Positions 27,524 to 36,277 of a stretch of 42,056 nt of DNA are shown piece after piece. The stretch's first letter is position 1, and each line of letters opens with the position of its first letter. Position numbers and translations under genes: made by a program. The stretch covers positions 1-42,056 of the forward strand of contig DATLYG010000045.1 of the NCBI GenBank assembly GCA_035574985.1, in the 5' to 3' direction. A model generated the notes under the pieces. It was not told the origin of the DNA. It did not search any database and was given only the letters and a program-made list of their open reading frames with translations. Source of the stretch: Thermoanaerobaculia bacterium (lineage in GTDB: Bacteria > Acidobacteriota > Thermoanaerobaculia > Gp7-AA8).

Positions 27524-27547
27524 CTCGCCTCCTCGCCTCCTCGCCTC
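27524..27547. repeat. CTCGCC octamer array (right arm, inverted relative to 27324..27357)
   Basis: CTCGCC at 27524, 27532 and 27540 (spacing 8, 8). It ends 5 nt before a TACAAT hexamer and 19 nt before the ABC transporter ATG. Confidence 0.6.
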
Positions 27548-27551
27548 CACG

Positions 27552-27557
27552 TACAAT
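27552..27557 (+). promoter_or_regulatory. candidate -10 box (leaderless ABC transporter mRNA?)
   Basis: TACAAT lies exactly 8 nt before ATG 27566. No SD in between. Confidence 0.3.
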
Positions 27558-27565
27558 CGCCTCTC

Positions 27566-29350
27566 ATGCGCCTCCGTTCTCTCCTCCGCGACGCCGGCGA
27601 TCTGCTCTGGCGCGCCCGCAGGCGCCTCCTCCTCGGCGTACCGCTGATGCTCGTCAATCGTCTCTCCGGAGTCGTCATCCCGGGGACGACGAAATTCCTC
27701 ATCGACGACGTCATCACGCGCGGCCGGCACGAACTCCTCTGGCCGATCGTCGCGGTCGGCGCCGTCGCCGGAACGATCGCCGCGGCGACCGAGTTCGCCC
27801 TCGCCCAGATCCTCGGCATCGCCGCGCAGCGGTCGATCACCGATCTGCGCAGGCGCATCCAGCGCCACGTACAGCGCCTCCCCGTGCACTACTTCGACGC
27901 TACGCGGAGCGGCGAACTCGTCTCGCGTGTGATGACCGACGCGGAGGGAATCCGCAATCTCGTCGGGACGGGATTCGTGCAGCTCACCGGCGGCGTGGTG
28001 ACCGCCGCGATCGCGCTCGGCATCCTTTTCTATCTGAGCGTGAAACTCGCACTGATCATCGCCCTCGTGCTGGTCGTCGTGATCGGCGCGCTCTACTGGG
28101 GCTTCAGGACGGTGCGGCCGCTCTTCAAAGAGCGGGGAGAGATCAACGCGCAGATCACCGGCAGGCTCACCGAGGGGATCTCGGGCATCCGTGTGGTCAA
28201 GGCGTTTCGCGCGGAGAAACGGGAGGAGCTGATCTTCACCCGCGGCGTGCATCGTCTGTTCCGCAAAGTGGTGGCGACGATGCGGACCGTCTCCGGGCTC
28301 GGCGCCGCGTCGACCCTGATCGTCAGCATGGTGGGCCTGACGATCCTCGCCGCGGGCGGACGCGAGGTGATCGCCGGCCGGATGACGCTCGGTGACCTGA
28401 TCACGTTCGCGCTCTATCTCGCCCTCGTCGTCGGACCGGTCACCCAGATCGTCGCCATCGGCACCCAGATTTCCGAGGCGTTTGCCGGACTGGAAAGGAT
28501 CCGCGAGGTCCTGGGGGAGGAGCCGGAAGACGCCAGCGATCGCCTCAAGCCGCGCACCGACTCGATCGGGGGGGATGTGGTATTCGAGAACGTGTCGTTC
28601 GCCTACACGAAAGGGCTTCCGGTCCTTCGGGACGTGAGCTTCACCGCCCGGGCGGGAACGACGACGGCACTGGTGGGGCCGTCGGGTTCGGGAAAGAGCA
28701 CGCTCATCTCGCTCGTCGCCGCGTTCCACCGGCCGGCGAGCGGGAGGATCACCGTCGACGGGCGCGACCTGCGCGATTTCCGGCTGGCCGACTACCGCCG
28801 CCACATCGCCATCGTGCCGCAGGACTCGTTCCTCTTCGCCGAGTCGGTCCGGGCGAACATCCTGCTGGGCAATCCGAAGGCCACGGCCGAGGAAGTCCTG
28901 CGCGCCGCGAGAATCGCGCACGTGGACGAGTTTGCCGAAGGGTTTCCCGAAGGCTACGAGACGATCGTCGGCGAGCGCGGGGTGCGGCTGTCGGGAGGGC
29001 AGAAGCAGCGTGTCGCCATCGCCCGTGCCATCGTCGCCGATCCGCGCATCCTGATCCTCGACGAGGCGACATCGTCGCTCGACAGCGAAAGCGAGGCGCT
29101 GATTCAGGACGGCCTCAATGCCCTGATGAAGGGGCGGACCACGTTCGTCATCGCCCACCGCCTCTCGACCATCCGCCGGGCCGATCAGATCCTCCTGCTC
29201 GAAGAGGGGCGCGTCACCGAGCGCGGCACGCACGACGAGTTGATGGCACGCGGCGGCCGCTACCGCGCGCTCTACGAGAAGCAGTACGGCATCGCCATGA
29301 ACCGCTTCGTCAATCCGGGCGAGGAACTCGAGGACGTGGCGACGACCTGA
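27566..29350 (+). CDS. ABC transporter permease/ATP-binding protein (type I exporter, MsbA-like)
   Basis: N-terminal domain of about 6 TM helices. Walker A GPSGSGKST, signature LSGGQKQR, Walker B ILILDEATSSLD, and H-loop IAHRLST. Confidence 0.9.
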   Translation: MRLRSLLRDAGDLLWRARRRLLLGVPLMLVNRLSGVVIPGTTKFLIDDVITRGRHELLWPIVAVGAVAGTIAAATEFALAQILGIAAQRSITDLRRRIQRHVQRLPVHYFDATRSGELVSRVMTDAEGIRNLVGTGFVQLTGGVVTAAIALGILFYLSVKLALIIALVLVVVIGALYWGFRTVRPLFKERGEINAQITGRLTEGISGIRVVKAFRAEKREELIFTRGVHRLFRKVVATMRTVSGLGAASTLIVSMVGLTILAAGGREVIAGRMTLGDLITFALYLALVVGPVTQIVAIGTQISEAFAGLERIREVLGEEPEDASDRLKPRTDSIGGDVVFENVSFAYTKGLPVLRDVSFTARAGTTTALVGPSGSGKSTLISLVAAFHRPASGRITVDGRDLRDFRLADYRRHIAIVPQDSFLFAESVRANILLGNPKATAEEVLRAARIAHVDEFAEGFPEGYETIVGERGVRLSGGQKQRVAIARAIVADPRILILDEATSSLDSESEALIQDGLNALMKGRTTFVIAHRLSTIRRADQILLLEEGRVTERGTHDELMARGGRYRALYEKQYGIAMNRFVNPGEELEDVATT

Positions 29351-29354
29351 ACGC

Positions 29355-29365
29355 TTAGTGTAGTG
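29355..29365. repeat. isolated copy of the element terminus (TTAGTGTAGTG)
   Basis: An 11-mer identical to 39879..39889. It sits inside an AT-rich patch (TTAGTGTAGTGATTACTAAAAAAC) 4 nt after the ABC transporter stop, between convergent genes. Confidence 0.3.
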
Positions 29366-29414
29366 ATTACTAAAAAACTGCGGGAACCAGTGCGCCAGCG
29401 GGAGGGGCGGGGCG

Positions 29415-29999
29415 TCACGAGCGCAGCTCGACGTTCCAGTAGGCCTCGTCGAGGAAGTTCTTCCAGACGTCGGGGAACGTCCTTCCCTGGAGGCGATGGA
29501 GCGGATGCCACCGCGGCCGCGCCGGCTGCCGGATGAGCTGCATTCCGCACTCGCTCAGCAGCTTGTTCCCCTTCTTCACGTTGCACGGCAGGCAGGCGCA
29601 GACGACGTTCTCCCACGTCGACTTTCCGCCCCGCGAGATCGGGACGACATGATCGAGCGACAGCTCGGACGAGGCGAACTTCCGCCCGCAGTACTGGCAG
29701 CGGTTGTGGTCGCGCAGATAGATGTTGCCGCGCGAGAACTTCACCTCCTGCCGCGGCAGGCGGTCGAAGGCGAGGAGCTGCACGACGGCGGGAATCAGAA
29801 TGTTCCGGCTGGGCGTGACGACGTAGTGGTCGTCGGGCTGGACCGGAATGTCGGCCCAGTCCTCGAAATCGTACGTGCGATAGTCGGAGTCGACGGCGCG
29901 AACGTGCCCTTTGTAGAGGAGAGTGAAGGCGCGGCGGACGGACGTGATCTGAACGGCCTGGAAGACCCGGTTCAGAACGAGAACGTGTCCGTCGATCAT
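29415..29999 (-). CDS. HNH endonuclease (COG1403-type, stand-alone)
   Basis: DHNRCQYCGRKF…LSLDHVVPISRGGKSTWENVVCACLPCNVKKGNK (HNH with Cys4). The N-terminus MIDGHVLVLNRVFQAV is typical of this family. Upstream ATGs at 30077 and 30131 are possible but lack an SD. Confidence 0.8.
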   Translation of the reverse strand: MIDGHVLVLNRVFQAVQITSVRRAFTLLYKGHVRAVDSDYRTYDFEDWADIPVQPDDHYVVTPSRNILIPAVVQLLAFDRLPRQEVKFSRGNIYLRDHNRCQYCGRKFASSELSLDHVVPISRGGKSTWENVVCACLPCNVKKGNKLLSECGMQLIRQPARPRWHPLHRLQGRTFPDVWKNFLDEAYWNVELRS

Positions 30000-30292
30000 G
30001 GTGTACTCATTCCCGCAACACGCCGCGCGCCGATCGTGTTTCCATGAGCGTCCCGGTTCCGTCTCGCCACCGACCATGATACAGCGTCGGGAAACGAGGG
30101 GAACCTTGCAAAAGCGCCTCATTTGATTCATAGTTACGAGCTAAGACGAATCCGAACCAGCTCTTTGGAGCGGCGCTCGACCAGCGTCATCAGGTGGAGT
30201 GCCCGGCAAGACGTGAGACGCTTCGCGCGACGGATCCCGACGGGGGTCGCGAGCCGGCGGGCGTTCATCGGGTGTGTTTTTGGGAGGCTTGT

Positions 30293-31795
30293 ATGCGCGT
30301 ATTTTCACGGTTCGCTCTGGTCGTCCTCGTCCTGGTCGTCGCAGTCCCCTCTCTGATAGCGGACCATCTGGTCGCGGACTGCCCGCTGACGCTGGTGGCG
30401 ACGAATCCGCCTTCGAGCGACTTCAATCTCTCGCCTCACGGCGTCTTCCGATTCGGTTCGCAGGTGTTCGCGCTGCGTGGCCAGACGCTCACCACCTACG
30501 CGGTGACGGACCTCGGCGACATGCAGGTCGCCCGGGAGGACTTCATCGGCTCCCTCGGGGCGCGTGAAACCAACGCGGGCGTCGCCTTCAACAACGGTTT
30601 CCTCTTCGTCAGCAGCGAGGCCGGACTGGAGATCTTCGACCTCCGCAACGTCCGCGCCGGCGGGCTCGCGCCGGTCCTGGTTTCCCGCACGCCGGGAGCG
30701 CACTACCGGCGGCTGGCCGTGAGCGGCAACACGCTCGCGGGACTCTTTCCCGGGACCGACCTCCCCTGCTGGCCCAACAACACGACGTTCTGCTACAACA
30801 CGATCGACCTCTGGAACATCTCGAACATGACGGCGCCCACGCGCGTGGCGCAGATCAGCTCCATCGGCTCGACCGTGAATGCGCGCGCCTTCAACGACAT
30901 CGCCTTCATGTCGGGCCAGCTCATCGCCACCTCCTACAACGGCACGTACGCCTACAACATCAGCACCCCGGCCTCTCCGTTCCTGACGTTCGCGGCGAAC
31001 AAGTCGGGAACGTTCCTCGTCGCCGGGGGTGCAGGGACGATCGGCGTGGGCGACGACAACTCGATCGTCATTCACAGCTTCTCGACCGCCACCGGTTTCA
31101 CCCCGGCGTTCACCTACACCGTTCCTCCCTCGCTGACCATCGACCGCGCGAACCCGATCATGTTCCACCCGCAGGCGTGGATCGACGAGACGGCCGGACG
31201 GCTGATCACCATGATCGACGAGCGCGATCCGCTCACGCGGCAACCGGCCCGCACGATCGCCTTTGCCGTCTACGACTGGGGGGTGTTCCAGTACGAGGGC
31301 TTTGACCCGCGGCTCTACGAAGCCGTGACGACGATGATCAACCCCGACGAGGTGAAGTACAACCCGATTGCGGTCGGCGCCTTCGTCTACACCATCGGCG
31401 AGCTGAGCGGCCTCCAGACGTGGGGCGCCTGCGGACAGATGACGGGCCGCATCGAGTGGGACGGCACTCAGGCCCTCCCCTGCGGAGGCGCCGAGATCCA
31501 CGGATGGGTCACCGGCACGCAGAAGATCGCCAACGTCGAACTGATGCTCGACGGCGGATCGCTCGGAGCGGCGACACTGGGCGGACCGCCGCGCCACGAC
31601 GTCTCCTCCCGCACGCCGGTCAGCATGTGGCGGATCAACGTGAACCTCGACCAGACGACGCGCGGCGAGCACCTCTTCCGCCTCATCGCCACCGACTCGG
31701 TCGGCAACCGCCGCCAGGTGGCGACGCAGAAGGTGTTCTTCCCCGGCCCGCCGAACAACTGTGCCTCGCGCCGGCGACAGGCTGCCGCGCGCTGA
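30293..31795 (+). CDS. secreted hypothetical protein, LVIVD-repeat-like beta-propeller with C-terminal Ig-like domain (tentative)
   Basis: GGGAGG SD. Signal peptide MRVFSRFALVVLVLVVAVPSLIA. Repeated GLEIFDLRN / IDLWNISNMTAP / AYNISTPASP motifs resemble LVIVD repeats. The functional call is weak. Confidence 0.6.
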   Translation: MRVFSRFALVVLVLVVAVPSLIADHLVADCPLTLVATNPPSSDFNLSPHGVFRFGSQVFALRGQTLTTYAVTDLGDMQVAREDFIGSLGARETNAGVAFNNGFLFVSSEAGLEIFDLRNVRAGGLAPVLVSRTPGAHYRRLAVSGNTLAGLFPGTDLPCWPNNTTFCYNTIDLWNISNMTAPTRVAQISSIGSTVNARAFNDIAFMSGQLIATSYNGTYAYNISTPASPFLTFAANKSGTFLVAGGAGTIGVGDDNSIVIHSFSTATGFTPAFTYTVPPSLTIDRANPIMFHPQAWIDETAGRLITMIDERDPLTRQPARTIAFAVYDWGVFQYEGFDPRLYEAVTTMINPDEVKYNPIAVGAFVYTIGELSGLQTWGACGQMTGRIEWDGTQALPCGGAEIHGWVTGTQKIANVELMLDGGSLGAATLGGPPRHDVSSRTPVSMWRINVNLDQTTRGEHLFRLIATDSVGNRRQVATQKVFFPGPPNNCASRRRQAAAR

Positions 31796-31815
31796 GTTCC
31801 GAGTGCCATCGATTC

Positions 31816-31850
31816 GAAGAGAGCGGACGCTGCGTCCGCTCTCTTCGTTT
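31816..31850 (+). terminator. intrinsic terminator
   Basis: GAAGAGAGCGGAC-GCTGC-GTCCGCTCTCTTC (a perfect 31-nt palindrome, 13-bp stem) followed by GTTT. 20 nt after the stop at 31795. Confidence 0.7.
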
Positions 31851-31931
31851 CCGGGCAGTATCATTGCGTCATGCCCGCTGCGGTGCGGCGCGGAGCGACG
31901 TGCGAAGACCTTTCGAGGTCCGCAGGCAAGA

Positions 31932-32639
31932 CTACTGCAGCGCGGCGGCGATTTCGTCGGTGATGCGCAGCGCGGCGTCGCGGCGGCTCTCCGCTCCGGT
32001 GATCGGGCGTCCGACGACGATCATGTCCGCTCCGGCGGCGATCGCGTCCGCGGGGGTCATCGTCCTCCGCTGATCGCCCGCCGCCGAACCTGCGGGACGG
32101 ATGCCCGGGGTCACGATCCGCAGCGAGCCACCGAACGTCTCACGAATCGCGGCGATCTCCAGCGGTGATGCGACGACGCCGTCGATTCCCGCCTCGCGCG
32201 ACAGCGCCGCGAGACGCAATGCCAGCTCCATCGCCGTTCCGCGGAAGCCTGCGCGCGTCAGTTCGTCGTCGTCGAGGCTCGTCAGCACGGTCACGCCGAG
32301 GAGCTCGAGCCCTGCCACGCGCGCTGCTGCGGCGGCGCGCAGCATCGCGGCGCCACCCGTGGCGTGGACGGTGAGGAGAGAAACGCCGAGGCGGCCCGCT
32401 TCCGCGACGGCGCGCATCGCCGTGTTCGGGATGTCGTGGATCTTCAGGTCGAGGAAGACGCGTTCTCCGCGCGAGACGACGTCGCGCACGATGGCCGGTC
32501 CGTTCGCGATGAAGGCCTGCAGGCCGATCTTGAACATCCCCACCGCCCCGCGGAGCTCGTCGACGAGCCGCAGGACGTCGTCGCGCGAGGAAACGTCGAG
32601 AGCGACGATGAGGCGGTCGCGTGCTTGCATCTGTGTCAT
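31932..32639 (-). CDS. pyrF: orotidine 5'-phosphate decarboxylase
   Basis: LIVALDV…FKIG…FLDLKIHDIPNT…GVTVLTS…IVTPGIR…VVGRPI motifs. Confidence 0.9.
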   Translation of the reverse strand: MTQMQARDRLIVALDVSSRDDVLRLVDELRGAVGMFKIGLQAFIANGPAIVRDVVSRGERVFLDLKIHDIPNTAMRAVAEAGRLGVSLLTVHATGGAAMLRAAAAARVAGLELLGVTVLTSLDDDELTRAGFRGTAMELALRLAALSREAGIDGVVASPLEIAAIRETFGGSLRIVTPGIRPAGSAAGDQRRTMTPADAIAAGADMIVVGRPITGAESRRDAALRITDEIAAALQ

Positions 32640-32653
32640 CCTGACACAGTCGC

Positions 32654-34330
32654 ATGACGAAATTCGACGTCGCCCGGATCCTCAGCGACATCGCTTCCTA
32701 CATCGAACTGGGAGGGACGAATCCCTTCCGCGCCCGGGCGTTCGAGCGCGCCGCGCGCGAGATCGAGAAGCTCGACGACGACATCGAGGCGCTCGTCGAT
32801 TCCGGCGCGATCTACGACGTCCCCGGCATCGGCAAGTCGATCGGCGCGATCATCGAGGAGATCGTCCGCACCGGCGGATCGCGCTACCTCGAGGAACTTC
32901 GCAGCCACTATCCGCCCGGCGTGTTCGATCTGCTTCGCGTTCCCGGCCTCGGCCTGCGGAAGATCGGCCAGATCCACTCCGAACTCGGCATTGCGTCACT
33001 CGAGGAGCTGGAGGCCGCGGCGCGTGCGGGCCGCCTCGCGCCGCTGAAGGGCTTTGGCCCGAAGACGCAGCAGAAGATCCTCGATGGAATCGCCCTCGCG
33101 CGGAATCGCTCGCATCAGATCCTCCTCCCGGCCGGCATCGACACCGGGGAATTGCTGCGCGAGCAGCTCGCCTCGATCGCCGTCGTCGAGGACGTCGAGA
33201 TCTCCGGCAGTGTCCGCCGGAAGCTGGAAGTCGTGCGCAACGTCGACATCGCCATCGCGGCGAAGGACCCGGAGAAGGCATTCGCCGCGATCGAGAAGCG
33301 GAAGCTGGCCAGCGGTTTCACGCGCGTCGACGAGGCGATGGCGCGCGGCATCGTCCACGGAGAGATCGAGGTTCGCTTTCACGTCTCCGCACCGGAGCGT
33401 TTCGGCCTGCTGCTTCTCACGACGACAGGCACCACCGCATTCGTCGACGCGTTCCTCAGCAAGCTCGAACGCCCTCTCGAGGCGCGAACCGAGCGCGAGC
33501 TGTTCGAGAAGGGAGGGATCCCCTTCGTCGAACCCGAACTGCGCGAGTCGGCCGAAGCGCTGAAGACGAAGAAACGCCCGCGGCTGATCGAACCCGGCGA
33601 TCTGCGCGGCACCTTTCACGTTCACACGACTTACTCCGACGGCCGCAACACGCTCCTCGAGATGCTCACCGCCGCGCGGGAGAGCGGGCTCGAATACGTC
33701 GGCATCTCCGATCACTCGAAGAGCGCCTTCTACGCGAGCGGCCTGACGGAAGAGCAGCTCGCGCGCCAGCAGCGGGAGATCGACCGCCACCGCGCGGCCG
33801 TCGCGCCGCTGCGCGTGTTCCGCGGGTCGGAGGCGGACATCCTTGCCGACGGCTCGATCGACTACGGCCCGGCGACGCTCGCGACCCTCGACTTCGTCGT
33901 CGCCTCGATCCACTCGCGATTCGGCATGAGCCGCGACGAGATGACCGCGCGGATCCTCCGCGCGCTCGACGACCCGCACGTGACCTTTTTGGGCCATCCG
34001 ACGGGAAGGCTGCTGCTGTCGCGCGAAGGCTACTCGATCGACTTCGACCGGATCTTCGACCGCGCCGCGGAGCGCGGCGTCATCATCGAGATCAACGGCA
34101 ACCCGCGCCGCGCGGAACTCGACTGGCGCCATCTCCGGCGGGCCGTCGACCGCGGCGTGATGCTCAGCATCCACCCCGACGCACACTCGATCGCCGAATT
34201 CCGGCATGTGGTGAGCGGGACCTGGGTCGCGCGCAAGGGAGGGCTGACCGCCAAGGAAGTCTTCAACGCCCGGCCCGCGGACGAAGTCGAGGAATACCTG
34301 CGCAAACGAAAAGGCGCCGCACGGGGGTGA
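32654..34330 (+). CDS. polX: family X DNA polymerase with C-terminal PHP domain (PolX)
   Basis: N-terminal Pol-beta-like HhH region (NPFRARAFERAAREI…VPGIGKSIG…VPGLGLRKIGQ). The PHP domain starts at FHVHTTYSDG…GISDHS. 558 aa. Confidence 0.85.
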   Translation: MTKFDVARILSDIASYIELGGTNPFRARAFERAAREIEKLDDDIEALVDSGAIYDVPGIGKSIGAIIEEIVRTGGSRYLEELRSHYPPGVFDLLRVPGLGLRKIGQIHSELGIASLEELEAAARAGRLAPLKGFGPKTQQKILDGIALARNRSHQILLPAGIDTGELLREQLASIAVVEDVEISGSVRRKLEVVRNVDIAIAAKDPEKAFAAIEKRKLASGFTRVDEAMARGIVHGEIEVRFHVSAPERFGLLLLTTTGTTAFVDAFLSKLERPLEARTERELFEKGGIPFVEPELRESAEALKTKKRPRLIEPGDLRGTFHVHTTYSDGRNTLLEMLTAARESGLEYVGISDHSKSAFYASGLTEEQLARQQREIDRHRAAVAPLRVFRGSEADILADGSIDYGPATLATLDFVVASIHSRFGMSRDEMTARILRALDDPHVTFLGHPTGRLLLSREGYSIDFDRIFDRAAERGVIIEINGNPRRAELDWRHLRRAVDRGVMLSIHPDAHSIAEFRHVVSGTWVARKGGLTAKEVFNARPADEVEEYLRKRKGAARG

Positions 34331-34370
34331 GTTCGTGCGACGCCTTCGCGTGTGGGAGAAAACGGACGGC

Positions 34371-35051
34371 CTAACGGCGCGCCAAGACGACGATCATCAG
34401 CGAGCGATTGCCCTGCGGCTTCGAGGCGCCGACGATCAGGGTCTGACCTGGTTTCACGTTCAATGTGGCGTTGTAGAGCTGGACGAGCTGCTGGTCCCTG
34501 CCGCTTCCCTGCAGCTTCGAAACACGGAAGTTGTTCAGCTTGATCGTATGGCTCGCCGGGTCGTACTCGCCGAATTGAAACTCGGCGCGATAGCCGCTCG
34601 GCAGCTCGATCAGCCCCGGCTCCCCCTCCCGCCCCTGCACGTTCGCCTCGCCGAGATTCTCGAAGGCGTTGAACTTCAGCATCGAGAGCTTCGAGGCGAC
34701 GTCGCGGAGCTCCTCGGGGACCGGCGGTGCGTTCGATGCGGCGCGCGAGGCGCCGACGAGGCGGAATGACAGCGTGACCGGACGGGGGGGCGCATCGAAC
34801 TCGGCGAGCACCGCTGCAACCTGCTGCAGGTTGTCGGGGTGATCGGTGACGACGAGCGCGTTCGTCGCCGGCTGAATCGACATCGACCCTTCGCCACTGA
34901 TCAGCGGCTTGATGATCGCCGCGGCCCGGTCGGCTTCCTTGTGCTTGAACTGGAACGTCCGCACGCTGAGCGGCCGTGCCTCTCCCGCGTCGGCGAGCGC
35001 GGCGCCGCACGACATCAGAACGATCAGTGACAACATCGAAAAACGCTTCAT
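34371..35051 (-). CDS. secreted/lipoprotein with a single Secretin_N-like domain
   Basis: MKRFSMLSLIVLMSCGAALA. ISGEGSMSIQPATNALVVTDHPDNLQQVAAVLAEFD resembles the secretin N-domain repeat. Its ATG overlaps the anti-sigma TGA (ATGA). Confidence 0.55.
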   Translation of the reverse strand: MKRFSMLSLIVLMSCGAALADAGEARPLSVRTFQFKHKEADRAAAIIKPLISGEGSMSIQPATNALVVTDHPDNLQQVAAVLAEFDAPPRPVTLSFRLVGASRAASNAPPVPEELRDVASKLSMLKFNAFENLGEANVQGREGEPGLIELPSGYRAEFQFGEYDPASHTIKLNNFRVSKLQGSGRDQQLVQLYNATLNVKPGQTLIVGASKPQGNRSLMIVVLARR

Positions 35052-35572
35052 AGGTCCGCCGGAAGGCTCTCGTCGAAGATCATCACCACTTTCACGTCGT
35101 CTCCATCTTGGGGAACTTCGACGATCGTGGCTTCTGCAGCCTGATACGTTTCCACCGCCGGTTTCGTCGTGAGGCTCACCGGCAGGGCGAACGGCCGGAC
35201 CGCACGGCTGACCACCGGAACCGGTGCCGCGCCCGGAACCGGACGCTCGCGCGAGAGGAACAGCGTGCTCCCGGCAATGGTCAGAACGAGTGCTGCAGCG
35301 ACTGCGAAGCGCCTCCGCAGCCGGAGGTGCGGGCGCAGATCCATTTCGTTCTCCGTCGAGCGGACCTGGACCTGCCGCATCACGTCGTCGACGAACGCCT
35401 CGAGGCCGCCCGGCGGGACCATTTCCGGCCCGCCGAGAGCGCGGAACATCACCTCGGGATCGCGATGCGCGGCGTAGTCGAGGCAGTCGTCGCATGCGCG
35501 AAGATGCTCGAGGACACCCGGATCTTCGGTCGCCGGAGCGAACGCGGCGCGGAATTCCTGACAGGCGATCAT
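35048..35572 (-). CDS. anti-sigma factor (zf-HC2-like, single TM)
   Basis: MIACQEF…LEHLRACDDCLDY (C…H…C..C). TM helix FAVAAALVLTIAGSTLFL. Its ATG overlaps the sigma-factor TGA (ATGA). Confidence 0.65.
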   Translation of the reverse strand: MIACQEFRAAFAPATEDPGVLEHLRACDDCLDYAAHRDPEVMFRALGGPEMVPPGGLEAFVDDVMRQVQVRSTENEMDLRPHLRLRRRFAVAAALVLTIAGSTLFLSRERPVPGAAPVPVVSRAVRPFALPVSLTTKPAVETYQAAEATIVEVPQDGDDVKVVMIFDESLPADL

Positions 35573-36183
35573 CGGTCCCTCCACAGCCGCGCGTACTCCG
35601 GATAACGCTTCCGGAGCTGCTCCTGCATCAGCTTGCGCGCGTTGAACAGGTGATTCCGCACCGTCGACTCGCGGCACCCGAGGATCTTCGCGATGTCGCA
35701 CGAGGGAATGTCTTCCATCTCGCGCATGACGAAGATCGCCTTCTGTTTCGGTGAGAGGACGTTGGAGACTTCCCTGAAGACCGCCTCGACCTCTTTCCTC
35801 TGGACGACGACGCCCTGTTCGGCCTCTTCGGAGGTCTTCACCAGGCGAAGGTTCGAGTTGACCGCGTTCTCGCGCGACTGCCGGCTGCGCATGAAATCGA
35901 TCGCGACGTTGGTCACCATCCGGTACAGCCAGGTGTCGAACGCGTACTGCGGATCGTATTTCTCGAGGTTCTCCCACAGCTTGATGAAGACGAGCTGAGC
36001 AATGTCCTTCGCATCTTCGCTGTTCCCGATGATCCGGTAGCAGAGGGCGTAGACCTTGCCGGTCTTGCGGCGCACGAGCTGCTCGAACGCCTCGGCGTCC
36101 CCCTGCCGGATGGTCCGGACGAGTTCGCGATCGTCGGGTTCCACCGATTGGGTCGGGATCATCAGACGGAGTTCCGCGGCCAT
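35569..36183 (-). CDS. ECF-type RNA polymerase sigma factor
   Basis: Region 2: AFEQLVRRKTGKVYALCYRIIGNSEDAKDIAQLVFIKLW…FDTWLYRMVTNVAIDF. Region 4: LSPKQKAIFVMREMEDIPSCDIAKILGCRESTVRNHLFNARK. The ATG 36183 start is tentative. Confidence 0.9.
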   Translation of the reverse strand: MAAELRLMIPTQSVEPDDRELVRTIRQGDAEAFEQLVRRKTGKVYALCYRIIGNSEDAKDIAQLVFIKLWENLEKYDPQYAFDTWLYRMVTNVAIDFMRSRQSRENAVNSNLRLVKTSEEAEQGVVVQRKEVEAVFREVSNVLSPKQKAIFVMREMEDIPSCDIAKILGCRESTVRNHLFNARKLMQEQLRKRYPEYARLWRDR

Positions 36184-36263
36184 CGTGACACAGATACGAG
36201 AGCCGTCCCCACAACGTCTAGCCCGCCTCGGGGCTTCCCCGCAAGCCCGGCCCTGCAACCTGT

Positions 36264-36269
36264 TACAAT
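36264..36269 (+). promoter_or_regulatory. candidate extended -10 box (leaderless purD mRNA?)
   Basis: TGtTACAAT, with the hexamer ending 8 nt before ATG 36278. No SD. Confidence 0.3.
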
Positions 36270-36277
36270 TCCGCAAG

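Noticed and set aside
25622-27547. GGCGAG repeat arrays considered as a possible CRISPR array
   Set aside because: The period is only 8 nt, with no spacers. The arrays are 3-4 units long and arranged as inverted arms. No cas genes are present.
27179-29233. A 684-aa minus-strand ORF opposite the ABC transporter
   Set aside because: It is an antisense shadow ORF. Walker and signature motifs are on the plus strand.
30000-30292. The 293-bp divergent region between the HNH endonuclease and the secreted-protein gene, including the 77-aa ORF 30123..30356, checked for a small gene or riboswitch
   Set aside because: The ORF has no SD and runs into the better-supported downstream gene in another frame. 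I recognised no riboswitch consensus.
30305-31864. A 519-aa minus-strand ORF opposite the secreted LVIVD-like protein gene
   Set aside because: It is an Arg/Gly/Asp-rich shadow ORF. The plus-strand gene has an SD, a signal peptide and protein-like composition.
32101-34374. A 757-aa plus-strand ORF and a 403-aa minus-strand ORF (32996..34207) overlapping pyrF and PolX
   Set aside because: These are alternative-frame or antisense shadows, extremely Arg/Pro/Ala-rich. The PolX and PyrF motifs lie in the other frames.
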